Assembly (NCBI GenBank): GCA_035553475.1
Contig: DATNDQ010000054.1
Span: 6,478-70,477, forward strand
Source: Gemmatimonadales bacterium
Lineage (GTDB): Bacteria > Gemmatimonadota > Gemmatimonadetes > Gemmatimonadales > GWC2-71-9
Direction: 5' to 3'
DNA: 64,000 nt
Positions 21,644 to 30,018 of this stretch are shown here, one piece after another (position 1 is the first letter of the stretch; every line of letters starts with the position of its first letter). The notes under the pieces were generated by a model. That model was given only the letters and a program-made list of their open reading frames with translations, was not told where the DNA came from and ran no database searches. A program made the position numbers and the translations under genes.

Positions 21644-22736
21644 CGTCGCGGGCGATACCGCCGCGATGACCCGCGCCCTCGACCTCGCGTTGCGAGGTTG
21701 GGGGCGTGTGGCTCCCAACCCCATGGTGGGCGCGGTGGTGCTCCAGAACGGCAAGACCATCGCCGAGGGGTGGCACGCGGAGTTCGGGGGACCGCACGCG
21801 GAGGTGGCCGCACTCAACACCGCGGGAAGCCAGGCGCGCGGCGGTACGCTCGTCGTGAGCCTCGAGCCGTGTCGCCACACCGGGAAGACGCCTCCCTGCG
21901 TGGACGCGATCCTCGCGGCCGGAGTGCGGCGCGTGGTGGCCGCGATTTCCGATCCCGACCCGCAGGCGGGTGGCGGTCTCGAGAAATTGCGGCTCGCCGG
22001 GGTTGATGTAGCGATGGGAATCGAAATCGAGCGGGCGGCTTCACTGAACGCGGCCTTTCTCCATTCCCGCACCGATCACGAGCGGCCCTTCATCGCGCTG
22101 AAGCTCGCGACCTCCGTCGACGGCCGCATTGCCGATCACGCCGGACGCTCGCAATGGGTGTCCGGCGAGGAGGCGCGGGACTACGTGCACTGGCTGCGTG
22201 CCGGGCACGATGCGATCGCCGTCGGCGGCACCACGGCTCTGCGCGACAATCCCCGGCTTACCGTCCGTGGCGCCGTGACGCCGCGGAAGCCGCCGGTGCG
22301 CGTGGTATTCGATCGGCGGGCGATGCTGAATCCCACCGTCACCCTGGTGCAGACGGCGCGTGAGATCCCGACCTGGGTCATGGCGTCCCCCGATGCACCG
22401 GCGACCAACGCCTCGGTGCTCGATGCCAACGGCGTCCGGGTCTTCCGTCCACTCGACGTGCCAGCCGGCCTCAGGGAGCTCCGGGCCGCCGGGATCCAGT
22501 CGGTGTTATGTGAAGGGGGAGGGGCGCTGGGAGCGAAGTTGCTCTCCCTGGGGCTGGTGGACCGGCTGTACTGGATTCAGGCGCCATTGTGGCTCGGGGA
22601 TGACGGCGTTCCAGCCTTTCCCGGCGTGGCGAACGTGGACATCGACCAGGCTCCGCGGTGGATTCCCGTGGAGCGTAAGGCGTTGGGGGCCGATACGTTA
22701 CTCGTCTTGGACCGCAGGCTATGTTTACCGGAATAG
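21606..22736 (+). CDS. ribD: bifunctional diaminohydroxyphosphoribosylaminopyrimidine deaminase / 5-amino-6-(5-phosphoribosylamino)uracil reductase
   Basis: Deaminase motifs are NPMVGAVV, HAEVAAL and EPCRHTGKTPPC. A reductase half follows (KLATSVDGRIA, CEGGGALG). The start is uncertain; an alternative ATG at 21666 gives MTRALDL. Confidence 0.88.
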   Translation: MSSVESASVSASDVAGDTAAMTRALDLALRGWGRVAPNPMVGAVVLQNGKTIAEGWHAEFGGPHAEVAALNTAGSQARGGTLVVSLEPCRHTGKTPPCVDAILAAGVRRVVAAISDPDPQAGGGLEKLRLAGVDVAMGIEIERAASLNAAFLHSRTDHERPFIALKLATSVDGRIADHAGRSQWVSGEEARDYVHWLRAGHDAIAVGGTTALRDNPRLTVRGAVTPRKPPVRVVFDRRAMLNPTVTLVQTAREIPTWVMASPDAPATNASVLDANGVRVFRPLDVPAGLRELRAAGIQSVLCEGGGALGAKLLSLGLVDRLYWIQAPLWLGDDGVPAFPGVANVDIDQAPRWIPVERKALGADTLLVLDRRLCLPE

Positions 22737-23329
22737 TCACCGCCCTGGGGCGGGTGAAGGCCGGGAAGCGGGAAGCGGGAAGTGGGAAGCGTGCGGCCGG
22801 CCTGACGCTCACGATTCTGTCGCCCTACCGAAGCCTCCGGCGGGGTGAGAGCATCGCAGTCAATGGGGCCTGTCTGACGGTCGAGAAGGTGGTGAAGGGC
22901 GGGTTCACGGTGCACGCCATTGCCACGACGCTCGATCGGACCCTGATCTCGGAATACGCGGCGGGCCGGCCGGTGAACCTCGAGCGTGCGCTGAGGGCGA
23001 GTGACCGGCTCGGTGGCCATATCGTGCAGGGGCACGTGGACGGGGTGGGCCGGGTGATTGCCATCGCCGATCGCGACGACGCCCGGCTGCTCGATCTGGA
23101 AGTGCCCGGCGACGTTCGCGAGGTGACGGTGCCGCACGGGTCGATTACGGTCGACGGCGTCAGCCTCACGGTGAACGATCTGCCGCCGTCCGGAGTGGTG
23201 CAGGTGTCGCTCATTCCGTTTACGCGTACCCATACCACGTTGGGTGCCGCGAAAGTGGGCGACCGGGTCCACGTGGAAGGGGACGTCCTCGGGAAGTACG
23301 TGAAAGCACTATGTCGCACGAACTCGTAG
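22721..23329 (+). CDS. ribE: riboflavin synthase
   Basis: The N-terminus is MFTGIV. The lumazine-binding repeat is duplicated (GESIAVNGACLTV and GSITVDGVSLTV). Confidence 0.88.
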   Translation: MFTGIVTALGRVKAGKREAGSGKRAAGLTLTILSPYRSLRRGESIAVNGACLTVEKVVKGGFTVHAIATTLDRTLISEYAAGRPVNLERALRASDRLGGHIVQGHVDGVGRVIAIADRDDARLLDLEVPGDVREVTVPHGSITVDGVSLTVNDLPPSGVVQVSLIPFTRTHTTLGAAKVGDRVHVEGDVLGKYVKALCRTNS

Positions 23330-24516
23330 AACAGGCGATCGCGGACATCCGCGCGGGCAAGCTGGTCATCGTCGCGGATGACGAGGATCGGGAAAACGAA
23401 GGCGATCTGGTCGGGGCGGCCGCTCGGGTCTCCCCGGAGATGATCAATTACATGGCGACCCATGGGCGAGGCCTCATCTGCCTGACCCTGACGCCTGACC
23501 GCTGCCAGGCCCTCGGTCTGTCGCAGATGACCGAGCACAACACCGAATCCCGCGAAACCGCGTTCACGGTGAGCGTCGACGCCGCGACCCGTTTCGGCGT
23601 GACCACGGGCATCTCCGCGGCCGATCGCGCGGCCACGATTCGCGTCGCCATCGATACGGCTTCGGAACCGTCCGACTTGCGCCGTCCCGGTCACGTGTTC
23701 CCTCTGCGCGCGCGCCCCGGTGGGGTCCTGCAGCGCGTGGGGCAGACCGAGGCCTCGGTGGACCTGGCGCGGCTGGCGGGACTCTATCCCGCCGGGGTGA
23801 TCTGCGAAATCCTGAATGCCGACGGCACGATGGCGCGGCGGCCCGAGCTCGACCGCTTCTCGGCCGAGCACAAGCTCACGTTCATCACGGTCGCTCAGCT
23901 GGTGCAGTACCGGCTGGCCAAGGAGCGGTTGGTGCATCGGGTGGCGAGCGCCCGGCTGCCCACCGCCGCGGGCGAGTTCAAGATCATCGGCTATCGGAAT
24001 GACGTGGATGACGCGGAGCACGTCGCGCTGGTGTACGGTGACGTCGGCGGGCAGCCGGCCGTCATGGTCCGCATGCACTCGAAGTGCCTGACGGGGGACG
24101 TGTTCGGCTCCCAGCGGTGCGACTGCGGCTGGCAGCTCGAGAGCGCCATGCACACCATCGCCCGTGAGGGCCGCGGCGTGATCGTCTACCTGGACCAGGA
24201 GGGCCGCGGCATCGGCCTCTTGAACAAGCTCAAGGCGTACGAGCTTCAGGATGCCGGGAACGACACCGTCGAGGCGAACGAAAAGCTCGGGTTCAAGCCC
24301 GACCTCAGGAACTACGGCATCGGCGCGCAGATCCTGCTCGACCTGGGACTGTCGTCCATCCGCGTGCTCACCAACAATCCGAAGAAGCTGGTCGGGCTCG
24401 AAGGCTACGGTCTCGAGATCGTCGAGCGCCTGCCCATCGTGCCCCCGCCGTCCGACGAGAATCGCGCCTATCTGGACGTAAAGCGCGACAAGCTCGGGCA
24501 CCTGCTCACCCACTGA
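23311..24516 (+). CDS. ribBA: bifunctional 3,4-dihydroxy-2-butanone-4-phosphate synthase / GTP cyclohydrolase II
   Basis: The DHBP synthase half has DDEDRENEGDL. The GCH-II half has RMHSKCLTGDVFGSQRCDCG and YLDQEGRGIGL. Confidence 0.92.
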   Translation: MSHELVEQAIADIRAGKLVIVADDEDRENEGDLVGAAARVSPEMINYMATHGRGLICLTLTPDRCQALGLSQMTEHNTESRETAFTVSVDAATRFGVTTGISAADRAATIRVAIDTASEPSDLRRPGHVFPLRARPGGVLQRVGQTEASVDLARLAGLYPAGVICEILNADGTMARRPELDRFSAEHKLTFITVAQLVQYRLAKERLVHRVASARLPTAAGEFKIIGYRNDVDDAEHVALVYGDVGGQPAVMVRMHSKCLTGDVFGSQRCDCGWQLESAMHTIAREGRGVIVYLDQEGRGIGLLNKLKAYELQDAGNDTVEANEKLGFKPDLRNYGIGAQILLDLGLSSIRVLTNNPKKLVGLEGYGLEIVERLPIVPPPSDENRAYLDVKRDKLGHLLTH

Positions 24517-24517
24517 C

Positions 24518-24997
24518 GTGACCGAATTCCGTGGAACTCCGCGCGCACCGGCCACGCGGCGCGTGGCGCTGGTCGTGAGTCGCTACCACGAGCTGATCAC
24601 CGGCAAGCTGCTGGAGGGCGCCCGTGCCTGCTGCCGCGAGCATGGCGTGAAGGACGACCACGTCGACGTGCTCTGGACCCCCGGAGCATTCGAGCTCCCG
24701 GTGGTCGCCGAGGCGGCGGCGTCGAGCGGGAGATACGCCGCGATCGTCGCGCTCGGCTGCGTCATTCGGGGCGAAACCCCGCACTTCGACTACGTCGCCG
24801 GCGAGGCGGCCCGCGGGCTCGGAAACGTCGCCCTGGCCCACCAGGTGCCGGTGGGGTTCGGTGTTCTCACCGTCGACACCCAGGATCAGGCGGAAGCCCG
24901 GGCGGGCGGGAGCGCGGGGAACAAGGGGTTCGAAGCCGCCGAGGCGGCGCTCGCAACGGCAGACCTGCTGGCGCAACTCCCTCGTGCTGCGCGCTGA
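24518..24997 (+). CDS. ribH: 6,7-dimethyl-8-ribityllumazine synthase
   Basis: The 159-aa ORF contains VALVVSRYHE, VPGAFELP, GCVIRGETPHFDYV and GVLT. Confidence 0.9.
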   Translation: MTEFRGTPRAPATRRVALVVSRYHELITGKLLEGARACCREHGVKDDHVDVLWTPGAFELPVVAEAAASSGRYAAIVALGCVIRGETPHFDYVAGEAARGLGNVALAHQVPVGFGVLTVDTQDQAEARAGGSAGNKGFEAAEAALATADLLAQLPRAAR

Positions 24998-25397
24998 AAC
25001 CAAGGCCAGGGCCCGCGCCCTCCAGATCCTGTACGCCTGGGATCTGTCGGGGAGGCCGTCCGTCGAGGCGGTAGTGGCGCGTCTGGGCGTGGCCTTCGGT
25101 CACGAGCCGGAAGGCTACGACCGGGGTGCTGACCTCGCGGCCCGTGCCGCCGCGGCGACCGAAGACTACGACAGTCGCATGGCCGACGCCGCGGAGCATT
25201 GGCGGCTCGAGCGGGTCGGCGCCGTCGAAAAGAACATCCTGCGGATTGCCATGGCGGAGCTGGACGAAGGGGTCACCCCGCCCAGGGTCGTGATCGATGA
25301 GGCCGTGCGGCTCGCGCACTGGTTCGCGGGCCCCAAGGCGCCGGGCTTCGTGAACGGCGTACTGGACGCCGTGGCCCGCGAGCAGGGCCTGTTGTGA
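24984..25397 (+). CDS. nusB: transcription antitermination factor NusB
   Basis: The C-terminal part of ORF 24861..25397 reads KARARALQILYAWD ... ILRIAMAEL ... VVIDEAVRLA ... FVNGVLD. The in-frame GTG at 24984 lies near the ribH stop. The start is uncertain. Confidence 0.8.
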   Translation: MLRAETKARARALQILYAWDLSGRPSVEAVVARLGVAFGHEPEGYDRGADLAARAAAATEDYDSRMADAAEHWRLERVGAVEKNILRIAMAELDEGVTPPRVVIDEAVRLAHWFAGPKAPGFVNGVLDAVAREQGLL

Positions 25398-26521
25398 GAA
25401 TCCTGCTGGTCAACTGGAATGACCGGGAAAACCCGCAGGCCGGCGGAGCCGAGATCCATCTGCACGAGATTTTCGGACGGCTGGCGCGCGCCGGGCACCA
25501 GATCGACCTCGTCGCGAGCGGGTGGGCGGGCGCGAGCGCTGAGGCGACGGTCGATGGAATGCAGGTGCATCGGGTGGGGACCCGGAACACCTTCGCCGCA
25601 CTGGGACGCGGAGCGGCCCGTCGCCTGCTCGTGACCAACGCCTACGACATCGTGGTGGAAGACATCAACAAGCTTCCACTGTTTCTCGCCTCGGCGACGA
25701 GGCTCCCGTTCTGTGTGATCGTCCCGCACCTCTTCGGCACTACGGTATTCTCCGAGGCCAGCTGGCCGGTGGCCGCCGTCGTCTGGGCGGCGGAGCGTCC
25801 CGTTCCCTGGGCGTATCGTCGTGCCGCATTTCACGCGATCTCGGACAGCACCAAGGCCGACCTGGTGGCGCGTGGTGTGCCGGCCGAACGGATCGAAGTC
25901 ATCTATCCGGGTGTCGACGCGAATTGGTACCGGCCCGATACGTCGGTGCGGCGCGCGGCGCGCCCGACGTTCCTGTACGTCGGTCGCCTCAAGCGTTATA
26001 AAGGAGTGGAGTACGCGTTGCGCGCGGTGGCGGCGGCGCGCGCCCGGGGCTCGGACCTTCGGCTCGATATCGCGGGCAAAGGGGACGACCGCCCCCGGCT
26101 CGAACGCCTGGCGGGCGAGCTGGGCTTGATGGATGCGGTGCGATTCCTCGGCTTCGTGGATGATGAGACCAAGCGCCGGCTCCTCCGCGAATCGTGGGCC
26201 GTCGTCTTTCCGAGCCCGAAGGAAGGATGGGGCATCACCAACGTCGAGGCGGCGGCGTGTGGCACGCCGGCGCTCGCCTCCGACAGCCCCGGCCTGCGGG
26301 AATCGGTGCGGGACGGCGCAACGGGCTATCTGGTGCCGCATGGCGACGTGACTGCGCTCGCCGACCGCTTGCTGGCCCTCGCGAACGATCCGCGCCGGGT
26401 CGAGACCCTGGGCGCCGCGGGGCGGCGCTTCGCCGAAGGGCTCACGTGGGACCGCGCGGCGGAAGCAACGGGGCGGCACCTCGAACGCGTTCGTTCATCG
26501 CCTGCTGGGGAGAATCGCTAG
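25394..26521 (+). CDS. glycosyltransferase family 4 (GT-B, RfaG-like)
   Basis: The 375-aa ORF has GGAEIH near the N-terminus. Its C-terminal motif is FPSPKEGWGITNVEAAACGTPALASD, the E(x7)E region of GT4 enzymes. The GTG overlaps the nusB TGA. Confidence 0.8.
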   Translation: MRILLVNWNDRENPQAGGAEIHLHEIFGRLARAGHQIDLVASGWAGASAEATVDGMQVHRVGTRNTFAALGRGAARRLLVTNAYDIVVEDINKLPLFLASATRLPFCVIVPHLFGTTVFSEASWPVAAVVWAAERPVPWAYRRAAFHAISDSTKADLVARGVPAERIEVIYPGVDANWYRPDTSVRRAARPTFLYVGRLKRYKGVEYALRAVAAARARGSDLRLDIAGKGDDRPRLERLAGELGLMDAVRFLGFVDDETKRRLLRESWAVVFPSPKEGWGITNVEAAACGTPALASDSPGLRESVRDGATGYLVPHGDVTALADRLLALANDPRRVETLGAAGRRFAEGLTWDRAAEATGRHLERVRSSPAGENR

Positions 26522-27489
26522 TGGCGAATCCCAAAGTTCGTGATCTCCTGGCGCGAAAGGCCGAGCCGCTACAGCTCGAGGCCCTGACCGGGGAGATCGG
26601 GTTCGACCGGGAGATTCCCACGCCCGAAGCATCGAGTCCGGGACTGGTCCTCGCCGGGTATACCGCGCGCTTCGTCGGCAACCGCATCCATGTCCTCGGC
26701 GAGACCGAGATCAGCTACCTCTCGTCGCTCGAGTCGGCTGCCCGCCGGGGGTGTCTCGAGAATCTTTTCAAGTTCGAGCTGCCGGTCGTCGTCATCACCA
26801 AGGGCCAGTCGCCCCCGGCGGAGCTCCTCGAGCTCGCTCAGGCACGCGGCGTGGCCCTGGTGCGGACCCAGCTGAAGACCTCGGAGTTCTACCGGCGCCT
26901 CAAGCCGTTTCTCGATGACGCGTTCGCTCCGACCACCACGACGCACGCGTCGCTCGCTGACGTCTTCGGTGTGGGCCTTCTCTTCATGGGGCGCTCCGGA
27001 ATCGGCAAGAGCGAGTGCGTGCTCGATCTCGTTGAGCGCGGCCACCGCCTGGTTGCCGACGATGTCGTCCACGTCACCCGGCGAGGGAACGACGTGCTGA
27101 TCGGACGTGGCCACGAGCTCTCGCGGCACTTCATGGAGATCCGGGGGGTGGGGCTGATCGACATCCAGGCCCTCTTCGGGATCCGGGCCGTCCGCCAGCA
27201 GAAGCGCATCGAGGTGGTGGTGCAGCTCGAGGATTGGGACGCGAATCGGGAGTACGACCGGACCGGGCTGGATCGCCAGGAAACAACGCTTTTGGGCGTT
27301 TCTCTGCCCCTCGTGACGGTGCCCTTGAACCCCGGCAAGAATCTGACGGTTATTTGTGAGGTGGTGGCCATGAACCACCTCCTGCGATATGGCGGCGTAG
27401 ACTCCGCCAAGGAATTCAACGACCGGCTCATGCGCACCATGCGGCAGCGCCGGGACGTCGGCACGTATCTCGAGGAAGACGATGAGTAA
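26521..27489 (+). CDS. hprK: HPr kinase/phosphorylase
   Basis: The C-terminal 322 aa of ORF 26194..27489 carry the Walker A-like GRSGIGKSE, then LVADD and EIRGVGLIDI, the HprK signature. The GTG at 26521 is at the GT4 stop. Confidence 0.88.
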   Translation: MANPKVRDLLARKAEPLQLEALTGEIGFDREIPTPEASSPGLVLAGYTARFVGNRIHVLGETEISYLSSLESAARRGCLENLFKFELPVVVITKGQSPPAELLELAQARGVALVRTQLKTSEFYRRLKPFLDDAFAPTTTTHASLADVFGVGLLFMGRSGIGKSECVLDLVERGHRLVADDVVHVTRRGNDVLIGRGHELSRHFMEIRGVGLIDIQALFGIRAVRQQKRIEVVVQLEDWDANREYDRTGLDRQETTLLGVSLPLVTVPLNPGKNLTVICEVVAMNHLLRYGGVDSAKEFNDRLMRTMRQRRDVGTYLEEDDE

Positions 27490-27865
27490 CACCCTGCGGG
27501 GCGTCGTGGTCTCCCACGCCGGACTCGCGCAGTCACTGGTCGGGGCCACTGAAACCATCTCGGGGGTCGCGGGCGCGCTCGTGCCGGTGACCAACGAAGG
27601 ATGCGACGGCGGATCGCTGAAGGCGCGCATCGGCGAGGCCATCGGCGATGGCCCGGCCGTCGTCTTCGTGGATCTGCCGGGCGGCTCGTGTCTCGCGGGC
27701 GCGGTGCGGATCGCGCGGGACCAGGGCCGCGGCATCGCCGTGGTCACCGGCGTGAACCTCGCCATGCTCCTGGACTTTGTCTTCCATCGGGACCTGCCGC
27801 CGGCTGAGGCCGCACAGCGAGCCGTCGACGCGGGGGGGCGCGCCATCCGGATCCCGCCGGCGTGA
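27482..27865 (+). CDS. PTS mannose-family EIIA component
   Basis: The 127-aa ORF has GVVVSHAGLA (phosphorylatable His near the N-terminus) and VFVDLPGGS, typical of EIIA-Man. Confidence 0.8.
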   Translation: MSNTLRGVVVSHAGLAQSLVGATETISGVAGALVPVTNEGCDGGSLKARIGEAIGDGPAVVFVDLPGGSCLAGAVRIARDQGRGIAVVTGVNLAMLLDFVFHRDLPPAEAAQRAVDAGGRAIRIPPA

Positions 27866-28338
27866 GTCTCGCGGTGGTGCGGGTGGATGACCGCCTCATC
27901 CACGGGCAGGTGGTGGTGGGGTGGGGCCAGCCGCTGGGGTTGGGCTTCATCGCCCTGGTTGACGACAAGGTGCGGTCGAGCGACTGGGAGCAGGACCTCT
28001 ACCGCATGGGCGTGCCCCCCGGCATGGAAGCGATCTTCGTGTCGGTGGACGAGGCCGCCCGCAGGTACGACGACTGGGTGAAAGAACCCCGAGTCGGACT
28101 CGTCCTCACCGGTGACATCGCGACCGTCATCGCCCTCAGCGACAAAGTTCCCAAGCTCCGCCGCGTCACCCTCGGCGGCATCCATCACAAGCCGGGCCGC
28201 TCCGAGCGCCTGCGGTACGTCTATCTCACCGACGAGGAGGTCGCCCAGCTGCGCGAGCTCGCGAAGCGGGGGATCGAGGTCGTCGCGCAGGATGTCCCCA
28301 CGGCGCGCGCCGTTCCCCTCGCGGAATTCGCCAAGTGA
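27862..28338 (+). CDS. PTS mannose/sorbose-family EIIB component
   Basis: The 158-aa ORF has VRVDDRLIHGQVVVGW, the EIIB-Man active-site His motif. Confidence 0.85.
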   Translation: MSLAVVRVDDRLIHGQVVVGWGQPLGLGFIALVDDKVRSSDWEQDLYRMGVPPGMEAIFVSVDEAARRYDDWVKEPRVGLVLTGDIATVIALSDKVPKLRRVTLGGIHHKPGRSERLRYVYLTDEEVAQLRELAKRGIEVVAQDVPTARAVPLAEFAK

Positions 28339-29009
28339 TGCCGCACTGGTGGGGACTCCTGGCCTTCGGCGCCATCGTCGGACTCGACCTGGTGTCCTTC
28401 CCGCAGATGATGCTGGCGCGCCCCATCGTGGCCGGCGCCGGCGCGGGGCTGCTCCTGGGAGACGTCGGCGCGGGGCTTCGCCTCGGCGTGCTGTTCGAGC
28501 TCTTCCAGTACGACATCCTCCCCGTCGGCGCGACGCGCTACCCCGAGTATGGGCCCGCGACGGTGATTGCAGTGGGTGCCGCACACGCCTTCGCGCTGCC
28601 GTTCGGTATCGGGCTCGCCACGGTCGTCGGGCTCTTCACCGCGATGATCGGCGGCATCTCGCTCCAGATCCTGCGACGCCTCAACACGCGCGCGGTGACC
28701 GCGGCTGCGCCCGCGTTGGAGCGTGGAGACGTCCGCGCCTTGTACCGGCTGCATTTCTCCGGTGCGGCGCGCGACCTGCTGCGCGCGGCGCTCGTCACCG
28801 CCTTCGGCCTCGTGCTGGTCGCCGTCACCAGGGAGTTCGTGGTGCCGGCGCTCTCGCATCGTGGTGAGCGGCTCCTCTCCGTGGCTGCCACCGGTGCCGG
28901 CCTCGCCGCGGGTGCCGCCGGCACCCTGCGCCTGGTCGGACTTGGCACGCACCTCAAATGGCTCGCCGCGGGATTGGTGGGTGGGATTGTGCTCGCATGG
29001 ATGACGTGA
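28335..29009 (+). CDS. PTS mannose-family EIIC component
   Basis: The 224-aa polytopic membrane protein begins WWGLLAFGAIVGLDLVSFPQMMLARPIV, which resembles EIIC-Man. It sits between the IIB and IID genes. Confidence 0.7.
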   Translation: MMPHWWGLLAFGAIVGLDLVSFPQMMLARPIVAGAGAGLLLGDVGAGLRLGVLFELFQYDILPVGATRYPEYGPATVIAVGAAHAFALPFGIGLATVVGLFTAMIGGISLQILRRLNTRAVTAAAPALERGDVRALYRLHFSGAARDLLRAALVTAFGLVLVAVTREFVVPALSHRGERLLSVAATGAGLAAGAAGTLRLVGLGTHLKWLAAGLVGGIVLAWMT

Positions 29010-29743
29010 AGGCTCCTCCCCGGTCGCGGCTCGCGATCGCTTTCCTGCGCCTGTTCACCGTCCAGGCGTCGTGGAACTACGAGCGCCTCATCGGCGTCGG
29101 CACCGGCTTTGCGGCTGAGCCGCTCCTCCGGGGCCTGGACGCCGATCGGTATCGCGCGGCGTTGGGCCGGGCGTCCCGCTATTTCAACTCCCATCCGTAT
29201 CTGAGCGGGGCCGGGGCGGGCGCGCTGGCACGTGCGGAAGTGGACGGCGTTCCGGCCGAGCAGGTCGAGCGTCTGCGCGGGGCGCTGGCGGGCCCGCTGG
29301 GGTCGATCGGCGACCGCCTCGTCTGGGCGGGGTGGCTGCCGATGCTCTCGGCGTTGGCACTCACCGGGGTGGCGTGGGGCCGCGGGCTCACGGCCGTCGC
29401 CTGGTTCCTCGTCGTGTATAACCTGGGTCACGTGGCTCTGCGCTGGTGGGCCCTGCGCGCCGGGTGGAACTATGGTCCCCGCGTCGCGACGGCGCTGCAG
29501 GAGCCGTGGATGCGCCGGGCGGGGCAGTATCTCGGTCCCGCGACGGCGTTGGCTTTCGGCCTCGCACTGCCGATGGTGGTGCAGTGGTCGGGAGACGCGT
29601 TCCGGGGGTGGGCCCGCATCACGCTGGCGGTCGCCGCGGCGGTAGCGTTCGGGTTGCTGCGGTGGCGCCCCGATATCCTCAGCGGACTCCGGCTGGGACT
29701 CGTACTCGTCGTGATCGCCCTGATCGCGGGGATGCTGTGGTGA
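28997..29743 (+). CDS. PTS mannose-family EIID component
   Basis: An internal ATG of ORF 28958..29743 gives MDDVKAPP...FLRLFTVQASWNYERLIGVG and FNSHPYL, which are EIID-Man motifs. Confidence 0.7.
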   Translation: MDDVKAPPRSRLAIAFLRLFTVQASWNYERLIGVGTGFAAEPLLRGLDADRYRAALGRASRYFNSHPYLSGAGAGALARAEVDGVPAEQVERLRGALAGPLGSIGDRLVWAGWLPMLSALALTGVAWGRGLTAVAWFLVVYNLGHVALRWWALRAGWNYGPRVATALQEPWMRRAGQYLGPATALAFGLALPMVVQWSGDAFRGWARITLAVAAAVAFGLLRWRPDILSGLRLGLVLVVIALIAGMLW

Positions 29744-30018
29744 TCGAGCGCGAAGCCCTGATCGTGAACCCGCTCGGTGTGCACGCGCGCCCCGCGGCCG
29801 AGTTTGTGAAGACCGCGAACCGGTTCTCCGCCGCCGTCGAAATCCGGCGCGGGGAAATGTCCGTAAACGGCAAGAGCATCATGGGCGTGATGATGTTGGC
29901 CGCGGAACAGGGCGCGACCGTCGTCATCAGCGCCAATGGCGACGACGCCGAAGCCGCCGTGGACGCGCTGTGCGCCCTGGTGGCGGCCGGCTTCAATGAA
30001 ATGGACCTTACGGAATGA
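29740..30018 (+). CDS. ptsH: phosphocarrier protein HPr
   Basis: The last 92 aa of ORF 29446..30018 carry GVHARPA (the His15 site) and NGKSIMGVMML (the Ser46 site for HprK). The GTG at 29740 overlaps the IID TGA. Confidence 0.85.
   Translation: MIEREALIVNPLGVHARPAAEFVKTANRFSAAVEIRRGEMSVNGKSIMGVMMLAAEQGATVVISANGDDAEAAVDALCALVAAGFNEMDLTE

Noticed and set aside
18745-24555. Three long minus-strand ORFs (18745..20682, 20564..22072, 22825..24555; 645, 502 and 576 aa)
   Set aside because: All three are antisense to strongly supported pfkB/purM/ribD/ribE/ribBA genes. Their translations are low-complexity and Arg/His/Pro/Gly-rich, with no recognisable domains.
26569-28584. 671-aa minus-strand ORF across hprK and the PTS IIA/IIB genes
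   Set aside because: It is antisense to genes with unmistakable HprK and PTS active-site motifs, and it has shadow-ORF composition.
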